From an uncultured Chloroflexia bacterium (GTDB lineage Bacteria > Chloroflexota > Chloroflexia > Thermomicrobiales > UBA6265), in the NCBI GenBank assembly GCA_963724295.1, contig CAVRUC010000009.1, forward strand, positions 128,001 to 192,000: DNA of 64,000 nucleotides, read 5' to 3'. Of the stretch, positions 1-10,624 are shown in pieces. Under the pieces are notes generated by a model. That model was not told the origin of the DNA and ran no database searches. It saw only the letters and a program-made list of their open reading frames with translations. Numbering within the stretch: position 1 is the first letter of the stretch; every line of letters starts with the position of its first letter. A program made the translations under genes and the position numbers.

Positions 1-2
1 AG

Positions 3-563
3 CCGCTGATCGTCGCCGCCGCGCCGCATCTGAACTGGATCGACCCGTTTCTGATCCTACTGGTTCTGCCGCCGTTGCCGCGCACCTACTTCCTGGCCGC
101 CGCCGATACTACAGGGAATCGGTGGTGGAAACGGATCGCGATCGAGTTAGCGGGCGGTATGGTGCCGGTTGCGACCAGGGGGCAGCTCAACCGGGATGGG
201 CTGGAGCTGTCGCTGGCGATCCTCGAGCGCGGGAATCGCGTCGGCATCTTCCCGGAGGGGTGGGGAGCAAGGCCTGACCCGGCGATCATGCCCCTCAAGC
301 GCGGCGTGGCCTTCATCAGCCAGCACTCCGGGCGCCGCGTGCTCCCGGTTGCGCTGGCAGGCACAACGGACCTCTGGCGGGGCAAGACCCTCCGCCTGCG
401 GATCGCGCCGCCGCTCGATGCGCTTGGGCCGGGAGCCAGCCGGGAAGAGGAGCAGACCTATGTCGATGGCCTCCGTGCGGTGCTGCAAGACGCGTTGCCA
501 CCGGAGCCAGCGGAGCCACCGGACGGAAAGAAGCCATGGCGATGGCTGACGCGAGCGATGTGA
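3..563 (+). CDS. Lysophospholipid/1-acyl-glycerol-3-phosphate acyltransferase (PlsC family), 5'-partial
   Basis: The frame is open from the window start. It shows the HxxxxD motif (HLNWID) plus FPEG and LPVAL blocks. Confidence 0.85.
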   Translation, partial: PLIVAAAPHLNWIDPFLILLVLPPLPRTYFLAAADTTGNRWWKRIAIELAGGMVPVATRGQLNRDGLELSLAILERGNRVGIFPEGWGARPDPAIMPLKRGVAFISQHSGRRVLPVALAGTTDLWRGKTLRLRIAPPLDALGPGASREEEQTYVDGLRAVLQDALPPEPAEPPDGKKPWRWLTRAM

Positions 564-575
564 AATGCAGATCGG

Positions 576-957
576 TTGGAGATCGTGCGCGCCTGGCATG
601 ATGCGGTGAACCGGGGTGATGCCGACGCGGTCGTGGCCCTGAGTCATGACGACATCGAGGTCGGTGGACCGCGCGGGTCGGCCCGCGGTAGTGCCCTGCT
701 GCGCGATTGGCTCGCTCGGGCAGGTATTCAGCTCGAACCCCGACGCTGGTTTGCCTCACCGACCGAGCTCGTGGTCGAGCAGATCGCGACCTGGCAGTCC
801 CCAGATGGCACGTCCACCGATCCGCAGACTATCGCCTCCTCGTTCGCCGTCCGAGAATGGCCTGGTGACGCGGGCGGTTCGGTATGGCTCCTTGACGGAA
901 GCGCTCGCGGCGACCGGTCTGACGTTGCGAGACGAATTGCCTGGAACGGAGAGTTGA
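576..957 (+). CDS. NTF2/SnoaL-like protein, apparent frameshift near 855
   Basis: VRAWHDAVNRGDADAVVAL..DDIEV is SnoaL-like. After FAVR the natural continuation (GLVTRAVRYGSLTEALAATGL) lies in another frame. The start is uncertain. Confidence 0.65.
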
Positions 958-1054
958 GCGCCCAATGACCTCGGAGGAGGATTCAGGTTCATGTCTGTTG
1001 ATCAGAAATCAGAGCTGCGGGACGGCAGCCGCTAATGTCTCCCGTACTCGGCGA

Positions 1055-1951
1055 ATGAAAGTCGGACTCATCTTGCCTGACACCGAGCGGGAGATGGGTG
1101 GCGCGACGGCGCGATGGAGCGATCTCCTAATGATGGCCAGGATGGCCGAAGATCTTGGCTTTGATTCCATCTGGAACGCGGACCATCTCATCTATCGCTT
1201 CCCCGGCAAGGACGTGCAAGGACCGTGGGAGAGCTGGTCGCTGCTCGCGGCTCTGGCCGCGGTAACGTCGCGGGTCGAGATCGGCCCGCTGGTGAGCTGC
1301 ACCTCGTTTCGGAACCCGGCCTTGCTGGCAAAGATTGCCGACACTGTCGACGAGATCTCCGGTGGCCGCCTCGTGCTCGGTCTTGGCGCCGGTTGGCACG
1401 AGCCGGAGTACATCGCCTTTGGTTACCCATTCGATCACCGCGTCAGCCGCTTTGCCGAGGCGATCGCCATCATCCACGGCCTGCTTCGCGCGGGAACCGT
1501 TGATTTCGAAGGAGCCTATTACAGCGCCCCGAACTGCGAGCTGCGCCCGCGTGGCTCGCGACCCGAGGGGCCTCCGATCATGATCGGTTCGACCGCGCCA
1601 CGGATGCTCGGTCTGCTGGCGATCTACGGCGACATCTGGAATGCCTGGGCTCGACAGACACTCGATGAGCTGGCGGAAGACCGGCAGAAGGTTGATGCCG
1701 CGCTGGAAAAGGCGAGACGCGACCCGGCCACCGTGGAGCGGACGGTGAGCCTGCTGGTCGATCTGCCAACCGCGACCGGCCGGCCGAGTGAAGAGAAAAC
1801 CGGTCTCAAGCTGCGGGAGCCAGAGGAGCTCGCCGCGCACCTGGCCAGCTACGCCGATGCCGGTATCAGCCATGTCCAGCTCATGCTCGATCCGAACACC
1901 CCCGCCGGCATCGAGTGGGCCGCGCGGAGCGTCGAAGCGCTGCGCGGTTAG
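1055..1951 (+). CDS. LLM-class flavin-dependent oxidoreductase (luciferase-like)
   Basis: AEDLGFDSIWNADH, RNPALLAK, SGGRLVLGLGAGW and PPIMIG motifs. Start taken at MKVGLILP. Confidence 0.9.
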   Translation: MKVGLILPDTEREMGGATARWSDLLMMARMAEDLGFDSIWNADHLIYRFPGKDVQGPWESWSLLAALAAVTSRVEIGPLVSCTSFRNPALLAKIADTVDEISGGRLVLGLGAGWHEPEYIAFGYPFDHRVSRFAEAIAIIHGLLRAGTVDFEGAYYSAPNCELRPRGSRPEGPPIMIGSTAPRMLGLLAIYGDIWNAWARQTLDELAEDRQKVDAALEKARRDPATVERTVSLLVDLPTATGRPSEEKTGLKLREPEELAAHLASYADAGISHVQLMLDPNTPAGIEWAARSVEALRG

Positions 1952-2132
1952 ACGGCAAGACGACAAGTTGGTAAGAAAGCCGATGCCCGACAGCTGATAG
2001 CCAATTGACCCTCACCCCATCACCCTATCACCCACGTTCTAATAGGTGTACAGTGAAAGCGGTTTTCGGCCAACGGCGTGGCTTTTTGGGCGCGGGCGAC
2101 GCAGCCTCGCGAACCCAACGGGAGGACTGACC

Positions 2133-3513
2133 ATGCGTCACGTTCGTGCGCTGCTTGCTCTATTTGTCGCCTGTACGCTGCTGATCTCTGGATTCCCGAT
2201 CGGCGCCGCAACTCGCGTAGCCGCTCAGGACGAAGGAGCCGCGGTCCCGGTCACCGACGAGGAAAGACGCCGCGGTCGGTAGCATCACGGTGACCGAGGT
2301 CATCGACCCGTTCACCGATTTCGACCCCGCCTACCCACCGGAAGAAGGGGGTCGCTACGTCGCGGTCAATGTTGCCTTCGACGCCGACGCCGGCAATCGC
2401 TTCGATATCTCTCCCTCGGAAATCGTTCTCCAGGATGATGCCGGATTCCTCTGGAATCAGGCGAGCATGGAGCTGGTCGAGGATGCGCTGATTCCCGAGC
2501 TGTCCAGCCAGACCCTCGGCCCCGGCAGCCGCGTCACCGGTGTGGTCGGTTTTCTGATGCCGGAGGGACGCACGCCGGCGTTGGTCTTGTACCAGCCGGA
2601 GAGCAGCCGGTTCATTCCCCTGCTGAACCTGACCGGGGAGGAACCGCCGGCGCCGGGCGAGAGCGTCGCGACCGTCGATTCAGAGGGTGGTAGCGGATCG
2701 GTGACCGTTACCGAGGTCGTCGATCCCTTCGAGGACGTCGACCCGAGCCAGGCTGCTCCAGAGGACGGTCGATTCGTGATGGTGACGCTGGCCTATGAGA
2801 ACACCAGCGATGGTCGATTCTTCGTCGAGCCATATGGGCTGCTCCTGCGCGACACGAACGGCAATCTCTGGAGCGCGACGAGTGTGACCCGTCTCGAGGA
2901 GTCCGAGCTGGTCCCGGACATCACCAGCGCGCAGCTTGCCCCGGGCGACCGGCTCTCCGGCGCGGTCGTGTTCGTGGTGCCTGAGGGCGCTGGCCTTGCC
3001 GGCATCTATACCAGCCCGGTCAGTGGCCAACTCCTCCAGCTCGCCGATCTGGAGAGTGGTTCCGATGCCGAGGCGGGAGCCGAAGACAGCACCGACGACG
3101 AATCCGCAAGCACTCCGATTGCCTCGCTGGCGGCCGGAGCCTGCGCGGATCTCGAGCCGTGGCTGGCAGACGCGCGCGAGCGAATCCAACGCGCGGGCGC
3201 GATGAGTCTCGAAGACGCGACGCTGGAGGACCCCGACAGCCTGGCGGAGCATGTGGACGAGTACGCGGCGATGGCCGAGGAGCAGCTCGCCGACCAGGCG
3301 CCGCCGGAAGCCGAGGCGGCCGCCAAGGCGCTCGGCGCCACGCTTCAGGCCTACAGCGACTCCATCGACCAGATCCTGGGTGCGAACGACCCTGGCAATG
3401 ACGTGGCCCTGGAGCTCACCGAGGGCATGAACACGTTCAATGATGCTGGATCGCGGCTCAACGAGATCGAAGCAGAGTTGGACCGGGTTGCGGCGGACTG
3501 CGGTCTGTCTTGA
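2133..3513 (+). CDS. Secreted protein with two tandem DUF4352-like Ig-fold domains and a C-terminal helical region; frameshift near 2265-2280
   Basis: GGAGG RBS and signal peptide MRHVRALLALFVAC..VAAQ. Two internal repeats (VTEVIDPF..LGPGSRVTGVVGF and VTEVVDPF..LAPGDRLSGAVVF). Confidence 0.7.
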
Positions 3514-3586
3514 TCGTCGCTTCACCGGACCAGATGAACCATTGCGCCGGGCGACCGGGCCGCTGGCCGGATGAATGGCGAGGTCG

Positions 3587-3915
3587 ATGACGGACGACAC
3601 GTCTCCGCACACCGTGGTCTTTTTCCGGAGGGCGCCTTCGGTCCCACCAATAACTGCGTCGGGATCGCGAATGTCCTGCGCCAACGCGGCCACCGGGTGG
3701 TCTTCGTGGTCGAGGAGTCATTCGCCGGGACGCTGGCGGCAGCGGCAAAGGGGTTCGAAGAGCGGTTGATGCGCCCGCAGGTGCCACCCGAGGTGCCGGA
3801 AGAGCCGGGTCAGTTCTGGAAGGACTTCATTCGCGATACAGCTCCTCATTTCCGCAAGTCGACGACAGAGCAGCTCGAATCGCTGATCCTCCCCTTCTGG
3901 GAGCAGTTGGTTTCA
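3587..3915 (+). pseudogene. Truncated family-1 (MGT-like) glycosyltransferase, N-terminal fragment
   Basis: TVVFF/PEGAFGPTNNCVGIANVLRQRGHRVVF is a typical GT-B N-terminus. Only ~110 codons precede the lysE start. Confidence 0.7.
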
Positions 3916-4532
3916 TGGATCTCACATTCTTCGCGCGTGGGCTGGCAATTGGCTTTGCCATCGCCGCTCCGGTCGGCGCGATCGGTCTGCTCTGCATCCG
4001 GCGCACGCTCGCCGATGGCCGCCTGGTGGGGTTTGTCTCCGGGCTGGGAGCCGCGACCGCTGATGCCTTCTACGGCGCCGTGGCGGCACTCGGCCTGACG
4101 GCGATCTCGTCGGCAATCGTCGATCATCAGGGCACGGTGCGGCTGGTGGGAGGAATTTTCCTCTGCTATCTCGGCCTGCGTACGGCACTGAGTCACCCAG
4201 CCGTGGCGGCGAACCCAGGAGCAGCGCGCGGGCTAGCGGGAGCGTTCGGATCGACGCTGGCGCTGACCCTGACCAACCCCACGACGATCCTCTCCTTCGC
4301 CGCGGTCTTTGCCGGTCTCGGGCTCGGCACGACATCGGGCGACCGTGGATCGGCCGTCCTCATGGTCTGCGGCGTCTTCCTCGGGTCGGCGCTCTGGTGG
4401 CTCCTGCTCAGCGGCGCGGTCGGGTTCTTCCGCCGGGCGCTGACTCCCGAGCGGCTGCGTTGGGTGAACCGGCTCTCCGGAGCGCTCCTTGCCGGGCTCG
4501 GCGTCGTTTCGCTCCTCAGCCTGGTGCGATGA
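3915..4532 (+). CDS. LysE family translocator
   Basis: GFAIAAPVGAIGLLCIRRTL, GLGAATADAFYG and LTLTNPTTIL motifs; about 6 TM segments. Confidence 0.9.
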   Translation: MDLTFFARGLAIGFAIAAPVGAIGLLCIRRTLADGRLVGFVSGLGAATADAFYGAVAALGLTAISSAIVDHQGTVRLVGGIFLCYLGLRTALSHPAVAANPGAARGLAGAFGSTLALTLTNPTTILSFAAVFAGLGLGTTSGDRGSAVLMVCGVFLGSALWWLLLSGAVGFFRRALTPERLRWVNRLSGALLAGLGVVSLLSLVR

Positions 4533-4570
4533 GTTGGCCGCATCGCAAAACGCGGCTAGTCATCAATGTC

Positions 4571-5569
4571 CTACGTCGCGCCGACGGCGATCATCAGCCC
4601 GTCCTGCGGCATGGCGGGAGCGCTGGTAATGAAGAGGATTGCGCCGCCGTGGGGCGCGCTGATCTCGGCCAGCGTATCGCCATAGAGATTGCCGATGCGG
4701 CCGATGTTCTGCCCTTCACGCACCTGCGCGCCGACCTCGACCGACGGATACCACATTCCCTCCACCGGCGATCTCAGCCAGGTGAACTGATCGATCTCGA
4801 CCGGCTCGGAAGGCCGGACCTCGCCGTCGAGCATGCCGAGGGAACGCAACGCGTTTCCGATGCCATCGACCATCATCTGCGTCTCGGGCTCGGTCAGGAG
4901 CCCCGAGCTGCCGGCCTCGGCGATGATGCTGGGGATCCCCGCCGCCGCCGCCGCGTGCGCCGTCGTGCCGCCGATACCGCCCGGCTGCGGTCGTGAGGCG
5001 ACGAGGTAGGGCAACCCGAAGGCGCGTCCCAGGGCGACCGACCGCGCGTCGACGTCCTCGTTGCCGCTGACGCTGTAGATCGAAAACGGGATGAGCGCCT
5101 CGACCATGTCTCCGCCGTGGAGGTCGATGAGCACGTCGGCCAGATCGATCACCGCCTGAAAGATGGCGTCGTCCATGACCTCGGAAAAGGTGCCATTTGG
5201 GTCTCCGGGAAAGAAGCGATTCGGATTCTTGCCGTCGATCGGGCAGACGAACGGCGAGCGCGGCAGAAACGCCGGCACGTCGATCAATGGCATAGAGACG
5301 ACGGTCCCGCGCAATCTCGACGGATCGAGTTTCCGCGTAAAACGAATATTCGACTCTATGGCCGGGTACTCCGCCGGATGGACGCCGGAGATCAGGGCCA
5401 CATGAGGCCCGTCCTGCGCGCCACGGACCACCGTGTACGGCCAGGTCCACTCCATTAGATCGCGATGGGAGAAGCGGAGGTTTCCGCGCCGCACGGTCCC
5501 GGGTGCAGGAAACGCGATGGTATCGAGCGCGTCCGCGTCCTGACGAGGAAAGTTCGGTTCCTGGCTCAT
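4571..5569 (-). CDS. Succinylglutamate desuccinylase/aspartoacylase family (M14) deacylase
   Basis: GVHPAEY (HxxE), NPNRFFPG and IDLHGG motifs, with a biotinyl-like C-terminal domain. Confidence 0.88.
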   Translation of the reverse strand: MSQEPNFPRQDADALDTIAFPAPGTVRRGNLRFSHRDLMEWTWPYTVVRGAQDGPHVALISGVHPAEYPAIESNIRFTRKLDPSRLRGTVVSMPLIDVPAFLPRSPFVCPIDGKNPNRFFPGDPNGTFSEVMDDAIFQAVIDLADVLIDLHGGDMVEALIPFSIYSVSGNEDVDARSVALGRAFGLPYLVASRPQPGGIGGTTAHAAAAAGIPSIIAEAGSSGLLTEPETQMMVDGIGNALRSLGMLDGEVRPSEPVEIDQFTWLRSPVEGMWYPSVEVGAQVREGQNIGRIGNLYGDTLAEISAPHGGAILFITSAPAMPQDGLMIAVGAT

Positions 5570-5819
5570 AGATCCCCTTGCCTTGCCACATCATCCGGTC
5601 GACGGAAGGGCTCTCTGTGCGACACGGGAAGCTGCGACCGCCGTCTGCTTTCGGCGCCGAGAAAGATGTCGTTGATGGTAGCAGACACCTCTGCCCTGTC
5701 CTCGAACCGTTGCCGGGTCTCTCAGTTCGCTAAAGAAACCGGCTGAAGGGCGTTGCAGACGCTGCCGGGCTGCGATTCGAGAGAGCCGGCGTCGATGAAC
5801 GAAATCGAGGGAGAACCGA

Positions 5820-6776
5820 TTACCGCAGGCGTGGGTCGAGGGCGTCGCGCAGGCCGTCACCGAAGAGGTTGAATGCCAGCACGGTGATGAGAATGGCAAG
5901 TCCGGGGAAGAAGCCGAGCCACGGCGCGTCGCGCAGGTACTCCCGGCCGGAGGTGAGCATCACGCCCCAGTCGGCGTCCGGCGGCTGCGTACCCAGCCCG
6001 ATGAAGCTGAGGCCGGCGGCGTAGATGATCGCTTGCCCGATGGAGAGCGTGGAGAGGACGATGATCGGCGCCCAGGCGTTCGCCAGCACGTGCCGGACGA
6101 GGATCCGGCTGGTCGGCTGGCCCATTGCTCGTGCGGCCTCGACGTACTCCTTCTCCTTGATCGAGAGGACCGAGCCGCGCACGATGCGGGCGAAGGCCGG
6201 GATGTAGACGATGGCGACGGCGATGACCACGTTCTGGATACCGGGACCGAGAATCGCCATGATGCCGATCGCCAGCAAGAGCCAGGGAAACGCCAGCAGC
6301 ACGTCGATCACGCGCATCAGAACTTGATCGATACCCCCGCCAAAGTACCCGGCCACCAGGCCGAGACTGACGCCGACGATGAGGGCGATCACCACCGGAA
6401 CGATCCCGACGCCTAGTGCCACCCGGGTGCCGATCAGGATGCGGCTGAAGACGTCTCGCCCAAACTCGTCGGTCCCCAGCAGATGCTCGCTGCTGGGAGC
6501 CTCCAACTTGATCCGGAACGACTGGTCGTTCGGCGGGTGAGGAGTCACAGACGGGGCAATGATCGCGACTACGATCAGGATTGCGACCACCGCCAGACCG
6601 GCGAGCGCCGCGCGATCGCGCAACAGCCGGCGCCAAGCGTCTCGCCACAGCCCGGCCGAGACTCGCTCGACGCGATGCAGCTGCGGCTCCAGCGCGAGCG
6701 AACCCGGCGCGGCCACGGCGATGGCCGGATGCCCTCGCCCGGTTGCGGTCGATTGGACGTTCGCGTCGATCGCCAT
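5820..6776 (-). CDS. Peptide/nickel ABC transporter permease (DppC/OppC-like)
   Basis: HLLGTDEFGRDVFSR, the EAA loop YVEAARAMG and FNLFGDGLRDALDP. Confidence 0.93.
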   Translation of the reverse strand: MAIDANVQSTATGRGHPAIAVAAPGSLALEPQLHRVERVSAGLWRDAWRRLLRDRAALAGLAVVAILIVVAIIAPSVTPHPPNDQSFRIKLEAPSSEHLLGTDEFGRDVFSRILIGTRVALGVGIVPVVIALIVGVSLGLVAGYFGGGIDQVLMRVIDVLLAFPWLLLAIGIMAILGPGIQNVVIAVAIVYIPAFARIVRGSVLSIKEKEYVEAARAMGQPTSRILVRHVLANAWAPIIVLSTLSIGQAIIYAAGLSFIGLGTQPPDADWGVMLTSGREYLRDAPWLGFFPGLAILITVLAFNLFGDGLRDALDPRLR

Positions 6777-6958
6777 GCCGTGGGTCCTAGCTCACGAGGA
6801 GGGTGTTAGGGTGATTACTCGCTGCGCTCGTGGTGATGGGATGGCTGTTCGCTGCGCTCACGGTGGCTGGGTGGCCGGGTGACGGGAATCGTTCCTCCTG
6901 CGACCCAGCCACCCCGCGACCCTGCCACCCATTGACCCATCATCACTTTCGCAGCGCC

Positions 6959-7963
6959 CTAAGCGTAGTGGATACGGGGGTCGATCGCGGCGTACGCCAC
7001 GTCGACCAGCAAGTTGATCAGGACGAACGCCACCGCTACCACCAGGACCGTGCCCTGGATCACCGGGTAGTCACGAGCGCCGATCGCGGCCACCACGTAT
7101 CTGCCCAGACCCGGGCGGCCGAAGACCGTTTCCGTGAGGAACGCCCCGGAGATGAGCGAGCCGAACTGGAGACCGATCGCGGTCACGATCGGGATCAAGG
7201 CGTTCTTCAACGCGTGCCGGATGACGACCAGCCGATCCTCCAGCCCCTTCGCGCGTGCCGTGCGCAGGTAATCCTGGCCGAGCACCTCGAGCATCGACGA
7301 GCGCGTCATGCGAGCGATGATGGCCATCGGGATCGTCGAAAGAACAAATGCCGGCAGGAGGAGATGGTGCAGACTGGAGCGGAACGCCGTCCAATTGCCG
7401 GTCAGCACGCTGTCCAGGACATAGGCATCGGTGATGCGATCGAGACGAATGCCCGTGCTGATGATGCCGCCGATAGGGAAGAGACCGAGGCGAAAGCTGA
7501 GGATGTAGATGAGCACGATCCCAGCCCAGAAGACGGGGGTGCTGATGCCGATGAGCGCTACGAACATCGTGCCGTAGTCGAGCGGCGTGGAGCGATGCGT
7601 CGCCGCAATGATGCCGGCCGGGATGCCGATGACGAGCGCGATCACGAGGGCGGCGACGCTGAGCTCGATCGTCGCGCCGAAGAACTGACGAAGCTCACCG
7701 GCGACGGGCTGGTTGGTGCGGATCGAGTCGCCGAAATTGAGCGTGAAGGCGGCCTTCAGGAAGTAGGCGTATTGGACCGGCAAGGGTTGGTTGAGACCGA
7801 GCTCCTCGCGGATGCGCGCGACCTGCTCGACGCTCCCCTTGTCGCCGGCCATGGCCGTAGCGGGGTCACCGGGGATCAACTGGATCATGATGAACACGGC
7901 GGTCATGATCCCGAGGAGCACCGGGATGGCGAGAAGCAGGCGGCGGGTGACGTATCGGGTCAT
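6959..7963 (-). CDS. Peptide/nickel ABC transporter permease (DppB/OppB-like)
   Basis: PGDPA, DYLRTARAKGL, HALKNALIP, RDYPVIQG and IDPRI motifs. Confidence 0.93.
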   Translation of the reverse strand: MTRYVTRRLLLAIPVLLGIMTAVFIMIQLIPGDPATAMAGDKGSVEQVARIREELGLNQPLPVQYAYFLKAAFTLNFGDSIRTNQPVAGELRQFFGATIELSVAALVIALVIGIPAGIIAATHRSTPLDYGTMFVALIGISTPVFWAGIVLIYILSFRLGLFPIGGIISTGIRLDRITDAYVLDSVLTGNWTAFRSSLHHLLLPAFVLSTIPMAIIARMTRSSMLEVLGQDYLRTARAKGLEDRLVVIRHALKNALIPIVTAIGLQFGSLISGAFLTETVFGRPGLGRYVVAAIGARDYPVIQGTVLVVAVAFVLINLLVDVAYAAIDPRIHYA

Positions 7964-8069
7964 CGTCGTGCCGTAAGCATAGGCGATTCAATCGCTGGAC
8001 AGGGTCGCCCCGGATGCTCATCGCTTCCGCTATACGTGCGCGCAGGAGCGGGCTTACGGCAGGCGGTCG

Positions 8070-8106
8070 CCCCTCTCCCAGCGCTGGGAGAGGGGTCGGG
8101 TGAGGG
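8070..8106. repeat. CCCTCTCCC..GGGAGAGGG palindromic (REP-like) element
   Basis: The hairpin ccctctcccagcgctgggagaggg is followed by gggtgaggg, just downstream of the SBP stop codon. Confidence 0.6.
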
Positions 8107-8111
8107 CTCGT

Positions 8112-9755
8112 CTACGCCTTGCTGACACCGGCGAAGTAGTAGATGTACGTCGGCTGCAATTGGAAGTCGGTGATATTTGCTCGCGTCACCACCTGATGCA
8201 TCTGGTAGCCAAGGAACACCCACGGCGCATCATCGACGATGATCTGCTCGGCCTGCTGGTAGAGCGCCTTTCGCTCCTCCATGTCTGAGACGCGCACAGC
8301 CTCGACGAGCAGGTCGTTCACCTCGGGGTTGTCATAGAAAGACGTATTCCCCGCCCCCTTGCTCGGACCGGCCAGGAGCGTGGCGAGGAAATTGTCCGGG
8401 TCGCCGTTGTCGCCCTGCCAGCCGCCCAGCGCGCATTGGTACAAGTCAGCGCGGCGGTCGGCGCGGTACTGCGTCCACTCGGCGGTCTGGATGTCTGCCT
8501 GAACGCCGACCTCCGACCAGTACTCCTGGACAGCAGTCGCCAGGCGATCGCCGACCGGGTTGTAACCACGCGGGATGGTGTAGGCCATGAAGGTAAAGGT
8601 CAGCGGGTTGCTCTCGTCGTAGCCAGCCTCGGCCAGGAGCTCGATGGCCCGGTCAGGGTCATATGGATACGACTGCAGATCGGGATTGAACGCCCAGTCA
8701 ACCGGGGGCAGCACGCCCCCCGCCGGCACCATGTTGCCGTTGTAGAGGCCGTCGGATAGCTCCTGTTTGTTGACGGCGTAGTTCAGCGCCTGCCGGACCT
8801 CCTTCGAACCAAATGGCTCTTTGCCGACATTGAGCTCAATCATGTTGGTGTTGAGCCCGGCGTCCTCGACGACAACCAGATCGGGGTTCTCTCGCGTCTT
8901 TTCGACGTCCTCGGGGATGAGCGCCCAGGCGATATCGATCTCGCCTGCCTCGAGGGACTGGAGGCGGGTAGAGCTTTCCGGAATAACCCGCACGATGAAT
9001 TGCTCGACCTTAGGCGCACCGCCCCAATAATCCGGATTGGCCTGGAGCACCATCTGGCTGTCGCGCGTCCAGTCGTCCGGGCTGGCCAACCGAAAGGCGC
9101 CGGTCCCGGACGGGTTGGTGATCAGGTAGTCGAGCCCCTGGGCAATCGCGGCCGGGCTTGGAATACCGGCAATCGGGATAGCCAGGTTGGCCAGCAGCGG
9201 CGCGTATGGCTCCGGGAGGGTCATACGGACCGTAAACTCGTCGACCGCCTCAACGGTGTCGATCCAGGTCGTGATGAAGTCCGCGATGTAGACCATGCGG
9301 GTCGCGTCGTATTGAGAGTCAGGTGACTCTTCATCGATCGAGTTGTACCAGGTGACGACGGCGTCGGCGTTGAACGGCTCGCCGTCGTGGAAACTCACCC
9401 CCTGGCGCAGGTTGAAGGTGTAGACGAGTCCGTCCTCGGAAATCTCCCACGATTCGGCGAGTCCGGGGCGGATCGTCGTTGCGCCGAGATCGTAGAGCAC
9501 CAGGCAGTCATAGACGTTCGAGGCGACGATATAGCCTTCCTGGGTATCCGTTGTGCGCGGGTCGAGCTCGTCGACGTCGGTGCCGACGCCGAAGATGATC
9601 GCGTTCGCCGCGTCCTGGCGAGCGAGCGCGCTTCGCAGTGGCATCGCGCCACCGCCGGTGAGATCGCCCAGGGCGGCGGCGCCGGCGGCCGCGCCGGTCA
9701 TCTTCAAGAGATCGCGGCGACCAAGGCGACCGCGGAGCGGATCGATGCGGGACAT
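8112..9755 (-). CDS. ABC transporter substrate-binding protein, family 5 (DppA-like), Tat signal
   Basis: GRRDLLK twin-arginine signal; PGLAESWEISEDGLVYTFNLRQGVSFHDG and GTGAF motifs. Confidence 0.93.
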   Translation of the reverse strand: MSRIDPLRGRLGRRDLLKMTGAAAGAAALGDLTGGGAMPLRSALARQDAANAIIFGVGTDVDELDPRTTDTQEGYIVASNVYDCLVLYDLGATTIRPGLAESWEISEDGLVYTFNLRQGVSFHDGEPFNADAVVTWYNSIDEESPDSQYDATRMVYIADFITTWIDTVEAVDEFTVRMTLPEPYAPLLANLAIPIAGIPSPAAIAQGLDYLITNPSGTGAFRLASPDDWTRDSQMVLQANPDYWGGAPKVEQFIVRVIPESSTRLQSLEAGEIDIAWALIPEDVEKTRENPDLVVVEDAGLNTNMIELNVGKEPFGSKEVRQALNYAVNKQELSDGLYNGNMVPAGGVLPPVDWAFNPDLQSYPYDPDRAIELLAEAGYDESNPLTFTFMAYTIPRGYNPVGDRLATAVQEYWSEVGVQADIQTAEWTQYRADRRADLYQCALGGWQGDNGDPDNFLATLLAGPSKGAGNTSFYDNPEVNDLLVEAVRVSDMEERKALYQQAEQIIVDDAPWVFLGYQMHQVVTRANITDFQLQPTYIYYFAGVSKA

Positions 9756-10002
9756 CAGGGCATCCTCCTCATGACGGCTTCGTCATCGTTCGGTTGACCG
9801 CGCGCCGCGGTCGTGATTCTTGAGTGCGGTTAGGGTGCGCCCGCAGCGCGCAGATGTCAAGGAACGAGCGTCGCCTGGTCTCGTTGTTCAGCCGGGCTTT
9901 AATTGCGTAGACCGTGGATCCTCCAGTGGGAACGTTCGTGAAGATCTCAGCTCGGCTCGCCCTTGCGATCATCATGTGAACCACGCTGGCGAAGGAGTCC
10001 CC

Positions 10003-10500
10003 ATGGTGACGATCCGTCCAATCCAGCCGGATGATGAGCCGTTTCTGTGGGACATGGCCTGGGAGGCGATGGCCGCGGACGCCGGGATGCGGTGCGTTAG
10101 GGCGGGAAGCCGCCTTCGCGATGCCGCACGTGCGTCGATATCTCGACGGCTGGGGACGGGTAGGCGACGCGGCAGTCGATCGCCGTTGTCGAGGATGGGC
10201 AGCGCCTCGGGGCAGCCTGGTACCGCCTTTTCCCAGCCGAGGACCCGGGCTGGGGCTTCGTAGCGCCGGACGTTCCAGTGATCGGTATCGGCGTCGCAAT
10301 CACAGCGCGCGGCAAGGGCGTTGGGAGCGCGTTGCTGGATGCCCTCCTGACGCTGGCGCGGGAGCAGGGGTACCGAGCCGTCAGCCTGTCTGTAGATCGC
10401 CAGAACCCCGCCCAACGACTGTATCAGCGAAAAGGCTTCCGTGACGCCGGCGTCTCCGATCCAACCGACACGTCGCTGACCATGATTGCCTACCTTGTAA
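10003..10500 (+). CDS. GNAT N-acetyltransferase, frameshifted near 10090 and 10180
   Basis: GGAG RBS and MVTIRPIQPDDEPFLWDM start. RRYLDGWGR, ARGKGVGSALL and NPAQRLYQRKGF are split across frames. The 3' end is uncertain. Confidence 0.7.
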
Positions 10501-10624
10501 AACGCAAGCCCCAGATCGTGCGGCTCGTTGGGTTGACACTGTTGGCCCCGCGGCTGGTTACCAGCGGCGACGATGGCAAAGAAATCGCCGTTTGTTCGAC
10601 CGAACGATTCATGAGCGGCGAGAT

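Noticed and set aside
6830..8125. Long antisense ORFs (also 12839-14011, 37695-38978, 42458-43969, 57577-58962)
   Set aside because: These are shadows of real genes on the opposite strand, typical of high-GC DNA, and carry no protein motifs.
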